Shown here in pieces: positions 21,177-28,541 of a stretch of 64,000 bases of DNA. The notes under the pieces are model-generated. The model made no database searches. It saw nothing but the letters and a program-made list of their open reading frames with translations, and was not told the DNA's origin. The first letter of the stretch is position 1. Each line of letters starts with the position of its first letter. The stretch covers positions 290,430 through 354,429 of the IMG/VR virus record IMGVR_UViG_3300022602_000024. One strand, given 5' to 3'. Made by a program: the position numbers and the translations under genes.

Positions 21177-21869
21177 TTATTTTTTTTGCCGAACTAAACG
21201 AACAGGTCCTTGAATCATACGAGAACCTGGTTGACTAACAGGATTTACTAAAGAGATATACTTGTCGTAGTATTTTTTATCCATAGTAAGATTTAATTTG
21301 TTTAAAAAACTTAAAAAGTAATCCCAATTTCTCCAGATTTGTTCAATATCAATTTCATAATCAAACAAACCCGAATTATAATATTTTCGAATGTCATTTT
21401 CAATAATACGTTTATTTTCAGCTGGGTCTCCATTGGCGGATGGTATCAGACCTGTTTTTAATATAAGGTCTTTATTGACTCTATCAAAATCCAAACTGTA
21501 CAGATATATCTTGATTTGATTTTTTTCTACTATATTTTTGTATGAACATGTTGATATCTGTTGAAAATATACACTAGGATGACAAGGTATGACAGTATTG
21601 TGATTTTGTGCCACAATATTTAAATAAGAACTCTTGATCTCTTCAATGGGCACTATAACGTTAGGACGTCTAAACGGGTGTGCTGCTTGTTTGTTAGTTG
21701 CCCATCTTGGACTATAAAATTTAACAGTATTACCGTAATCTTTACCAGATTTAGTGTCCAATCTCCAAGTTAGCTCATTGTCAGCTAGTACCATGTTATC
21801 TGCATGTTCTAATAGATTAGCGAACCCATCACCCCCGACTCCGGGTGTATAGAATATCCAATACTGCAT
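21177..21869 (-). CDS. hypothetical protein
   Basis: AT-rich ORF with a TATAAATA promoter; N-terminal PGVGGDG loop. Confidence 0.7.
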   Translation of the reverse strand: MQYWIFYTPGVGGDGFANLLEHADNMVLADNELTWRLDTKSGKDYGNTVKFYSPRWATNKQAAHPFRRPNVIVPIEEIKSSYLNIVAQNHNTVIPCHPSVYFQQISTCSYKNIVEKNQIKIYLYSLDFDRVNKDLILKTGLIPSANGDPAENKRIIENDIRKYYNSGLFDYEIDIEQIWRNWDYFLSFLNKLNLTMDKKYYDKYISLVNPVSQPGSRMIQGPVRLVRQKK

Positions 21870-21883
21870 AAAGATTATTTATA

Positions 21884-21971
21884 TGGCGGAGCATGTAGGA
21901 ATCGAACCTACTCACCCATTGCTGAATGACAGATTAGCAATCTGTTGCCTTAACCGGTCGGCCAATGCTCC
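21884..21971 (-). tRNA. tRNA-Ser(GCU)
   Basis: Cloverleaf, long variable arm, GCT anticodon, CCA. Confidence 0.95.
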
Positions 21972-21974
21972 AAT

Positions 21975-22553
21975 TTAGATCAGATTTAACTCTGTTAATT
22001 CTTTGCGTTTCCATACAAGTAATGGTTCAGTGAACTGCTCCCATTTACATCTATCTAACGCGGTTTCGTATCCTTTAATCTCTAAATATGATTCAAGTTC
22101 TTCTACCCAGAAATCCGGAACGTAAAAACTTATCTTACCGTCAAGATTAAGATACTGAAATCTTTTTGTATTTCTTTTCCATTCATAATGATTAGCATCT
22201 AACCACTTGGCCACAACAAGTTCCCATGTGCCATCTAAAAACACTTCGCCAGCAGTGGGTGAAATATATTTAAACTTCTTACATCTACCTGCCTTTGGCA
22301 TCCAACCCGATTCGTATCTTGCGATAATTCGTTTTCTCTGCGTTTCTTTAAACTCGTCAGAATGTTTTACGGGCGCTTTAGTTAAATTATGCAGATTTCC
22401 TGCATTACTTCTATTTCTTGATTTAAAGACCCCTCGTTTAATAGCCATTCGTATAGCCCCGGGAGATACTCCGTAAGTGGCATATAGCTGACTATGAGAC
22501 ATGCCTTTGTCATACTCTGACTGAATAAATTCCCAATTGTATTTTGCTTTCAT
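21975..22553 (-). CDS. free-standing PD-(D/E)XK endonuclease with an N-terminal HTH-like region (putative homing endonuclease); start revised to MKAKY
   Basis: GTWE, YVPDF, YLEIKG motifs; KHSDEFKE NUMOD-like segment; flanked by a 9-bp direct repeat. Confidence 0.75.
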   Translation of the reverse strand: MKAKYNWEFIQSEYDKGMSHSQLYATYGVSPGAIRMAIKRGVFKSRNRSNAGNLHNLTKAPVKHSDEFKETQRKRIIARYESGWMPKAGRCKKFKYISPTAGEVFLDGTWELVVAKWLDANHYEWKRNTKRFQYLNLDGKISFYVPDFWVEELESYLEIKGYETALDRCKWEQFTEPLLVWKRKELTELNLI

Positions 22554-22615
22554 ACAATTATTTAGCATTTTTGCGTTAATCTGCTCCAATACCATTATGG
22601 GACCATTCCTAATTG

Positions 22616-22689
22616 TGGAGCGGGATAGCGGAATCGAACCGCTGACTTGAACTTGGAAGGATCTCGTTTTACCATTAAACTAATCCCGC
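22616..22689 (-). tRNA. tRNA-Gly(UCC)
   Basis: Cloverleaf, TCC anticodon, CCA. Confidence 0.92.
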
Positions 22690-22695
22690 ATTTCC

Positions 22696-22769
22696 TGGCG
22701 TCCCCCTAGAGACTCGAACTCCAACGAACGGTTTTGGAGACCGCTATGCAGCCATTACATCAGGGAGAC
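22696..22769 (-). tRNA. tRNA-Trp(CCA)
   Basis: Cloverleaf, CCA anticodon, CCA end. Confidence 0.93.
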
Positions 22770-22776
22770 AATAACT

Positions 22777-22850
22777 TGGAGCGGGTAGAGAGAATCGAAC
22801 TCTCACACAATCCTTGGCAAGGACCGAGGCTACCTTTACATCATACCCGC
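22777..22850 (-). tRNA. tRNA-Gly(GCC)
   Basis: Cloverleaf, GCC anticodon, CCA. Confidence 0.92.
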
Positions 22851-22861
22851 AACTAAAAACA

Positions 22862-22936
22862 TGGCTCCCCAGGGTGGGTTCGAACCACCGACCAACGGAT
22901 TAACAGTCCGCTACTCTACCGCTGAGCTACTAGGGA
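22862..22936 (-). tRNA. tRNA-Asn(GUU)
   Basis: Cloverleaf, GTT anticodon, CCA. Confidence 0.96.
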
Positions 22937-22975
22937 ATACGTCTATTATACTATCTTTTTTATTCTGCGTCAAGT

Positions 22976-24523
22976 TCAACGCTTTATATTAAATAAAGGA
23001 CCAAACCAGGCCGCATCTAAGATTTTTTTGTTTACCCCTTTACCGATTAACCAATTATAATAGGTATTAATAAGATCCACCGCATCAGATTTTAATAAAC
23101 TACGATGAATTCCGAATACTAATATATCCGTGTCGCCATAATCTAATGTTTCAGGACTAAAAAAATAATGATATAACTTGGCATCAAAATGCCTCCCATG
23201 TAAAGTGTGCCATACTGTTGTAGGGACTTCTGGTATAATATCTTCATTTTCAGTCAGGGCATATATGCTGTATATCATAAATTCGCTAGGGGTATGCCTG
23301 TCATTTTCATCAGTAGGTTTATTCCAATCAATCAATTGAGTTATGTCGTTTTCTCTTAGTATACGACGAGCCAATGATGTTTTTATAACAAAAGGAGTCA
23401 TTGGAATAGGCAATTTGTCTGGTATTGTTAACCCAAGATCGTTGCATTTTTCCTGTAGCCATCTTAATGCCCAAAAGTTTGTTGTTACTTCTACGTTAGT
23501 GCTGTTTCCGTGACCCACTGGCCAGCTAGATAACTTTGTTGGCTTAAAAAATAAATTTTTACTATCTAATAGAAGATATTTGCTATTAGGTATTTGATCT
23601 GCTATTTGCAGTTTGATTTGTTGGTGCCTTATATAGCCATATTCATCTGGAGTTGACTGATTATAATCATGTATTAATTTTAATTGATGTCTAGAATGGT
23701 GCGGTAACAATAAGGTAAGCCACTCAGCATATGATGTATCATTGTCTTCAATCACAACATAATGCACACAAGTATCTACTACAAATAAATCAATTGTGTG
23801 TGCCAATAGTTGCATGGCAAATTTATCTCTAGTACAGGTAACAGTTACGATGACTAGGTCGTGCGTTTCAGTTTCTGATGCAACTCCCAAACTGATGCCC
23901 GAATGTACTGGTATTACTTTATCTCTGAAATAATGTATTAATATCGGAATCGAGTCGGTATCAGATGTAATACCAAACTGGTCGTTCTGATTGGTTTTAA
24001 CTATTTCAGAAAGTATTCTTACTCCAGATTTCTTAGATCGTTCAACTATTGCAACAAGATTTTTGCATAATACATGGTAGTCGCCTTCAAGTACATCATT
24101 GTCAATGTTGTAAACATCAGTTAATGCAGCTTTGATAATCTCGTGCCCAGGTACAGACCCTATAAATCCCTGAAACATAAGAAATGTATCTTCAGATTTT
24201 ACTGTAAAAAAATCATATTTTTCTACCAAGTAGTTTATATCTTTTACTAATACTGCATCAGCATCAATATAAACTCCCCCGCGGACATATAAAAAATAGT
24301 ATCGAAAAAGATCGGCCTTGTGTGGGCCTGACTGTATACTGAGAAATTTTTCTTCTATTAACGGAAAATCGTCTGCAGGATATTCTTTAAAAAAATCCAA
24401 TATATCATCATCTGTAAAAAATTGGTATTGCCAATCGTCACCAGTGAAATATTTGAGTTTGTCTATTACATATTGCGGAGGTTTTTTATTTTTAGTTGTT
24501 TGTACAAGTATTTTTGGAATCAT
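22976..24523 (-). CDS. two-domain glycosyltransferase: GT32/OCH1-like DXD domain plus a second GT-A-like domain
   Basis: MIPKIL.QT, KADLFRY..LY..GGVYIDAD; second half has QQIKL and LLLDSK. Confidence 0.8.
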   Translation of the reverse strand: MIPKILVQTTKNKKPPQYVIDKLKYFTGDDWQYQFFTDDDILDFFKEYPADDFPLIEEKFLSIQSGPHKADLFRYYFLYVRGGVYIDADAVLVKDINYLVEKYDFFTVKSEDTFLMFQGFIGSVPGHEIIKAALTDVYNIDNDVLEGDYHVLCKNLVAIVERSKKSGVRILSEIVKTNQNDQFGITSDTDSIPILIHYFRDKVIPVHSGISLGVASETETHDLVIVTVTCTRDKFAMQLLAHTIDLFVVDTCVHYVVIEDNDTSYAEWLTLLLPHHSRHQLKLIHDYNQSTPDEYGYIRHQQIKLQIADQIPNSKYLLLDSKNLFFKPTKLSSWPVGHGNSTNVEVTTNFWALRWLQEKCNDLGLTIPDKLPIPMTPFVIKTSLARRILRENDITQLIDWNKPTDENDRHTPSEFMIYSIYALTENEDIIPEVPTTVWHTLHGRHFDAKLYHYFFSPETLDYGDTDILVFGIHRSLLKSDAVDLINTYYNWLIGKGVNKKILDAAWFGPLFNIKR

Positions 24524-24553
24524 ATCATATTATGAGTTACTGTACATTATTTA

Positions 24554-24628
24554 TGGTGGAGGATAGCGGGTTCGAACCGCTGACTCAAGCGTGCAAGGCT
24601 AGTGTTTTCCCAATTAGACTAATCCCCC
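24554..24628 (-). tRNA. tRNA-Ala(UGC)
   Basis: Cloverleaf, TGC anticodon, G3-U70, CCA. Confidence 0.94.
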
Positions 24629-24641
24629 CATTTTGGGTTAT

Positions 24642-25583
24642 TCAAAGTTCTGCTACAAGATTTTGAATAATTTTTTTGCAAGGAAGAACTTCGGTTACTT
24701 TATCAATGGAATGCCCGGCATATATATGTCCTTGATCCGTATCTTCTTTCCAAAGTCCGTACTTTAAACTTTCAGTATGATTTACATTATCAGTGCCTTG
24801 AAACTCTTTGAACTTCAAAGCAGTTTGTTTCCTTACTACTTCTGTGTCTCCGTTACGGCGAAACGTGTGGTTAAACTCAGAAAGGTCTTCCTTCTTGGCA
24901 TTTATTACTGCCAACTTGGTTGCTTGCTTGATTGGGCTTTCTGCAGACAATGCCAGAAGAGTGCCAACTGCAACTATTTCTGCTCCAAGATCAATATATT
25001 CTTTAACTTGTTCCGGCGTCCCAACACCGCCATATGGTACTAAATATGCATCCGGGGTTAATTCTTTTTGTGCAAGGAATAACTCTTTAACTGGTGTATA
25101 TCCAGAAAATCCAGCCGATTCAAGGCCTTTGATGCAAAATCCATCAATGAAATGTTTATCAGCAGTTGCTTTGTCCATTGGCTCGTAGATTCTTCTAAAT
25201 ATCTTTACCCCTGCTTCGTGTATTGGTTGCAACCATTCAATGACTGTAGCATCAGGTATATCGTCTTTTGCTGGGGCACTATTAGAGTTACCATAGACAA
25301 TTTCCATGGTAGGAAATGCATTTTTAATAACTATGTCCCGGCAGGCTTTGGCACTGTAGATAGAACGTATTTCAAAGTTACAATGTAATCTATTAGATTT
25401 AGTAAACTTCATGAACATGTCAATGTCTTTTTGCAGTTGGTCGAAGTTGGTGCCGTACGCCCATGAACTTAGACTAGCGTAGCCGCCGGCTCGGTGAACT
25501 GCTATAGCCAGCTGTAGACTGGAACCTTGGTTCATACATGCTTCAAGGATAGGATGTTGAGATTTGAATATTTGTTGTGCCAT
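24642..25583 (-). CDS. nitronate monooxygenase/FabK-like FMN TIM-barrel protein; start revised to MAQQIF
   Basis: HPILEACM, LAIAVHRAGG, GLESAG, YGGVG, GA..VAVGT..SAES; the longer ORF-track start runs through tRNA-fMet. Confidence 0.8.
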   Translation of the reverse strand: MAQQIFKSQHPILEACMNQGSSLQLAIAVHRAGGYASLSSWAYGTNFDQLQKDIDMFMKFTKSNRLHCNFEIRSIYSAKACRDIVIKNAFPTMEIVYGNSNSAPAKDDIPDATVIEWLQPIHEAGVKIFRRIYEPMDKATADKHFIDGFCIKGLESAGFSGYTPVKELFLAQKELTPDAYLVPYGGVGTPEQVKEYIDLGAEIVAVGTLLALSAESPIKQATKLAVINAKKEDLSEFNHTFRRNGDTEVVRKQTALKFKEFQGTDNVNHTESLKYGLWKEDTDQGHIYAGHSIDKVTEVLPCKKIIQNLVAEL

Positions 25584-25630
25584 ACTGATATTTATTTGAA
25601 TAGATCCATGGCAAAAATTACCTATCGGGT

Positions 25631-25705
25631 TGGTTGCAGAGGACGGAATCGCACCGCCGATCTTCAGGTTATGAGCCTGACGAGATACTACTTCTCCACT
25701 CTGCG
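25631..25705 (-). tRNA. initiator tRNA-fMet(CAU)
   Basis: C1-A72 mismatch, CAT anticodon, CCA. Confidence 0.9.
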
Positions 25706-25709
25706 ATAA

Positions 25710-25786
25710 TGGTCCGTGTGACACGATTTGAACATGCGACCACCTGGTCCCAAACCAGGAGCTCTACCAGGCTGAGCTACACACGG
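25710..25786 (-). tRNA. tRNA-Pro(UGG)
   Basis: Cloverleaf, TGG anticodon, CCA. Confidence 0.95.
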
Positions 25787-25793
25787 AAAAAAC

Positions 25794-25878
25794 TGGTGCC
25801 CTAGGTCGGACTCGAACCGACACGCCTTTCGGCAACGGCTTCTAAAACCGTCAAGTCTACCAATTTCATCACCAGGGC
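25794..25878 (-). tRNA. tRNA-Leu(UAG)
   Basis: Cloverleaf, long variable arm, TAG anticodon, CCA. Confidence 0.95.
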
Positions 25879-25900
25879 AATACTTTACTTATACTTTGCG

Positions 25901-25975
25901 TGGGGTGTCGTACGAGAATCGAACTCGTGATAGCGGAATCACAACCCGCGGTTTTGCCACTAAACTAACGTCACC
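25901..25975 (-). tRNA. tRNA-His(GUG)
   Basis: G-1:C73, GTG anticodon, CCA. Confidence 0.94.
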
Positions 25976-25991
25976 ATTTAATTATTAATAG

Positions 25992-26621
25992 TTATTTGAC
26001 TATTACAAATGTTGTAAAACACCAATTGGCATTGGCGATGTATACTTCTGAAAATCCAATGCTTTGGAATTTTTTAGTATACCAATCTACAGATTCTGGA
26101 AACATGACTCCTACCAAGGAATCTGCTTTTTCTTTGATTTCTTTTCTGCTGACACCATGTTTGAATTTGTATTCATGATACTGCTCTAGTGCCAAACCTG
26201 AATTTTCTGTCTTTTCTGACAATATCAAAAAAGCACCAGGCAACATTGCATTATATACACTTGTCAAATAAGATTCTTTATCTTGTATAAAATGCAAAGT
26301 CCAATTACACAATACTGCTGAAAATTTTACCGCAGTGTCAGGAAACTCACTAGTGCAATAATATGTGGCATAGTTGGGCGGGCATTTTGCCAGCATGTCT
26401 TGACTATTATCCACTGCATGTATATTAGCGAAACCAGCAGAGTGTAATCTGTTAACAGTCTCACCAATGGCACACCCAATTTCCAATATGGGATCAGAGT
26501 GTTGTAACTTTTGTTTACAAAAATCAACTGACAACTCTAACACACGATCGTAATCGGGTATATGTTGCCTTGCATGTTGATTAAACAACTCTGCTATGGT
26601 GTTGTTGAATTTCCATTCCAT
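25992..26621 (-). CDS. CmoA-like SAM-dependent enzyme
   Basis: W.F...A..F...IPDY, EIGCAIG, VDNS..M, NWTLHF, LILSEK, K...G.S..EI..K collinear with CmoA. Confidence 0.85.
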   Translation of the reverse strand: MEWKFNNTIAELFNQHARQHIPDYDRVLELSVDFCKQKLQHSDPILEIGCAIGETVNRLHSAGFANIHAVDNSQDMLAKCPPNYATYYCTSEFPDTAVKFSAVLCNWTLHFIQDKESYLTSVYNAMLPGAFLILSEKTENSGLALEQYHEYKFKHGVSRKEIKEKADSLVGVMFPESVDWYTKKFQSIGFSEVYIANANWCFTTFVIVK

Positions 26622-27436
26622 ATGATTACATTTTCTTGAGTTAAATCCTGGCTGATCGGTTGAGGAAAGAATTTTGCCATATATCTATTATGATTTTTAA
26701 TATCATAGTAATACGGTAATTCTGTTTCTGCTTGACTGTATAAACTATCATCATATCCAAAATTATTTTGTTTCATCAACAAGATCAATGCAGATAAACT
26801 TACAATACTTGCAGTAATACGTATGCTGCCTTTTTCAGACACACCTTGCATACGAATACGTTCGCTAGGTTGTATAATACTTAAAGTTTTGCTCACTGCC
26901 GATCTTTGTTCATCTGTGGCATTGGGAAATAATCTCCGATACCCATTGAATGGATGTACTGTGTCAATGATAATTGTTTCTTTGGCTAATCCAGCTATTT
27001 TGCGTACAAAATCAAAACTATCAAATACTGCATACAGCATGCCACTGGCAATTACAATGTCAAAATGTTGATCGCTTGTGTAATCAGCAAAACTTGATTG
27101 GACAATATTGTATTGCCCAGGATCATAATACTTTTTGAATAGTTGTTCGCTGGGCAATGAATAACGTTCTAGTTGTTCTATCCCAGTGTAATGGCGAGCA
27201 CCATTTGCCAAACACCATGCACCGGTTGCTCCCATACAGCTACCTATATCCAGTACTGTTTTATCTTTAATCAAATCTGGCGGCAACATAACACGATGCC
27301 TATTGAACATAAATTCTGGATTTATGTTGTAACTAAGACTTGGCCCAGATTTGCCTGGACTAGGTACTATTACTTTCCTACCTATTCTATCATCAGTTAA
27401 AACCCAATCTGGTTGTGTTTCAAAAATGTTTATCAT
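26594..27436 (-). CDS. class I methyltransferase, CmoB-like motifs
   Basis: KTVLDIGS..G, GA...TGIE, FDIVIASGMLY. Confidence 0.65.
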   Translation of the reverse strand: MINIFETQPDWVLTDDRIGRKVIVPSPGKSGPSLSYNINPEFMFNRHRVMLPPDLIKDKTVLDIGSCMGATGAWCLANGARHYTGIEQLERYSLPSEQLFKKYYDPGQYNIVQSSFADYTSDQHFDIVIASGMLYAVFDSFDFVRKIAGLAKETIIIDTVHPFNGYRRLFPNATDEQRSAVSKTLSIIQPSERIRMQGVSEKGSIRITASIVSLSALILLMKQNNFGYDDSLYSQAETELPYYYDIKNHNRYMAKFFPQPISQDLTQENVIIWNGNSTTP

Positions 27437-27477
27437 AATCTATTTATAGAACAATTTTATTAGAAATTATTTAATAT

Positions 27478-27608
27478 ACCATATAGAAACACACTCGGCC
27501 ACGCTCTGAACCTGGACTCTTAGTAATGTGTTTTTATGTGGTGGACGCCTAGATACTATCAACGCCCTGGGATTGTTAGCTACCACAGGACCGAGCCTGA
27601 ACAATCTC
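27478..27608 (-). ncRNA. structured intergenic RNA(s), including an Ala-type microhelix ending in ACCA
   Basis: GATTGTT/AACAATC stem, GGGCGTT..GGCGTCC-ACCA, then an 18-nt imperfect inverted repeat. Confidence 0.45.
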
Positions 27609-27619
27609 TTTACTAAACT

Positions 27620-27706
27620 TGGTGGATGAGGTTGGACTTGAACCAACAATGCCATTACGACGGAAGATTTACAGTCTCCTGGGGTTACCAATTTTCCTAC
27701 ACATCC
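27620..27706 (-). tRNA. tRNA-Tyr(GUA)
   Basis: Cloverleaf, long variable arm, GTA anticodon, CCA. Confidence 0.94.
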
Positions 27707-27716
27707 ATAACTAACT

Positions 27717-27792
27717 TGGTACATCGTACGAGATTCGAACTCGTGTACCCGCCGTGAAAGGGCGGTGTCCTAGGCCTCTAGACGAACGATGC
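27717..27792 (-). tRNA. tRNA-Glu(UUC)
   Basis: Cloverleaf, TTC anticodon, CCA. Confidence 0.96.
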
Positions 27793-27797
27793 ATATT

Positions 27798-27925
27798 TGG
27801 CGCTCTACAGGATTCTCACCTGCTCACTGAAGACCCCTATAGCGGGGTTTTTATCTCTCTACTGCCATGAGTTGCGAACTCACCGTAGAACCCGAGTTGC
27901 GAACTCGGCGTGGAAATATCAGAGC
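27798..27925 (-). ncRNA. tRNA-like ncRNA (128 nt) with a T-arm and GCCA end but a non-tRNA interior
   Basis: GCTCT/AGAGC acceptor-like stem, GCAGG-TGAGAAT-CCTGT arm, two GAGTTCGCAACTC hairpins. Confidence 0.7.
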
Positions 27926-27932
27926 ATAAACT

Positions 27933-28007
27933 TGGCGGTCCCAAGGAGAATCGAACTCCTATCAACGGCGTGACAAGCCGCTATACTAACCATTATACTA
28001 TGAGACC
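27933..28007 (-). tRNA. tRNA-Asp(GUC)
   Basis: Cloverleaf, GTC anticodon, CCA. Confidence 0.95.
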
Positions 28008-28010
28008 AAA

Positions 28011-28268
28011 ACTATATTAAAATATACTACAGGAATACATGTATTGTATTTAAAGACATCTCTTCTCTTACGCAACACACACATTACAGTCAGAATAGTC
28101 CACCTCGCCGCGATCTTTTTCGCGTTTCCCTTTGCTTGTTACGGCCTAGGTATACGTGCATTGTAACTGTACAACCCTGTGATGTCTCACATATTATGGA
28201 CGAAACCGGACGTCGATAGCTGTACAGTACCTAGTGGTCTGATAACCTGCAGTACATTTTAATATAGT
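28011..28268 (-). ncRNA. unassigned ~258-nt structured ncRNA
   Basis: 23-bp closing stem with 2 G-U pairs on the minus strand; nested helices and a potential pseudoknot. Confidence 0.7.
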
Positions 28269-28343
28269 ATGTGGGCATCGAGTGCTTTTGTTTAATAGTA
28301 AGGGCATCTCCCTTACTACCCACAATACTATATTAAATTTAAC

Positions 28344-28374
28344 TTTTTAAAGAACAAGTGTTAATTTCTTAACA
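28344..28374 (-). promoter_or_regulatory. boxB-like hairpin plus boxA (Nus antitermination site)
   Basis: TGTTAA-GAAA-TTAACA hairpin, then TGTTCTTTAAAAA, just after a promoter. Confidence 0.65.
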
Positions 28375-28381
28375 TGTATGT

Positions 28382-28410
28382 ATTGTAGCACTAGTTGAAT
28401 TAAGTGCCAA
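28382..28410 (-). promoter_or_regulatory. sigma70-type promoter for the ncRNA/tRNA array
   Basis: TTGGCA-17nt-TACAAT with TG extension. Confidence 0.65.
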
Positions 28411-28432
28411 ATACGGTGTTGTTTTTATGCAA

Positions 28433-28541
28433 CTGTATCTTAAAGCATATTGGTGTCATACACATATTCAATATGTGTATTGCCCCGTCAAGGTTTATCA
28501 ATCCTCCGGCTTTGTTTCGTCCAATATGCTTTAAGATACAG
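28433..28541 (-). ncRNA. unassigned structured RNA with a perfect 21-bp closing stem
   Basis: CTGTATCTTAAAGCATATTGG inverted repeat enclosing two hairpins. Confidence 0.55.

Noticed and set aside
25584-25724. N-terminal extension of the nitronate monooxygenase ORF
   Set aside because: Overlaps tRNA-fMet and tRNA-Pro; the true start follows TAAATA at 25583.
27568-27612. tRNA-associated HDV-like (theta) ribozyme after tRNA-Tyr
   Set aside because: P2-like and J4/2-like pieces are present, but there is no room for P1, P1.1 and P4 in the required order.
27467-27724. 85-aa ORF from the track
   Set aside because: Runs through tRNA-Tyr and structured RNA; no RBS or recognisable protein.
27868-27908. 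CRISPR-like repeat (GAGTTGCGAACTC twice)
   Set aside because: Only two 13-nt copies with a short gap; better explained as hairpins within one RNA.
28195-28250. Hammerhead ribozyme on the + strand (GGACGAAAC...GTC...CTGATAA)
   Set aside because: Core reads CUGAUAA rather than CUGANGA, stems I and II do not form, and G-U pairs favour the minus strand.
28454-28522. Hammerhead or c-di-GMP riboswitch (GGACGAAACAAAGCC on the minus strand)
   Set aside because: No CUGANGA segment, and the GEMM P2/P3 architecture is absent.
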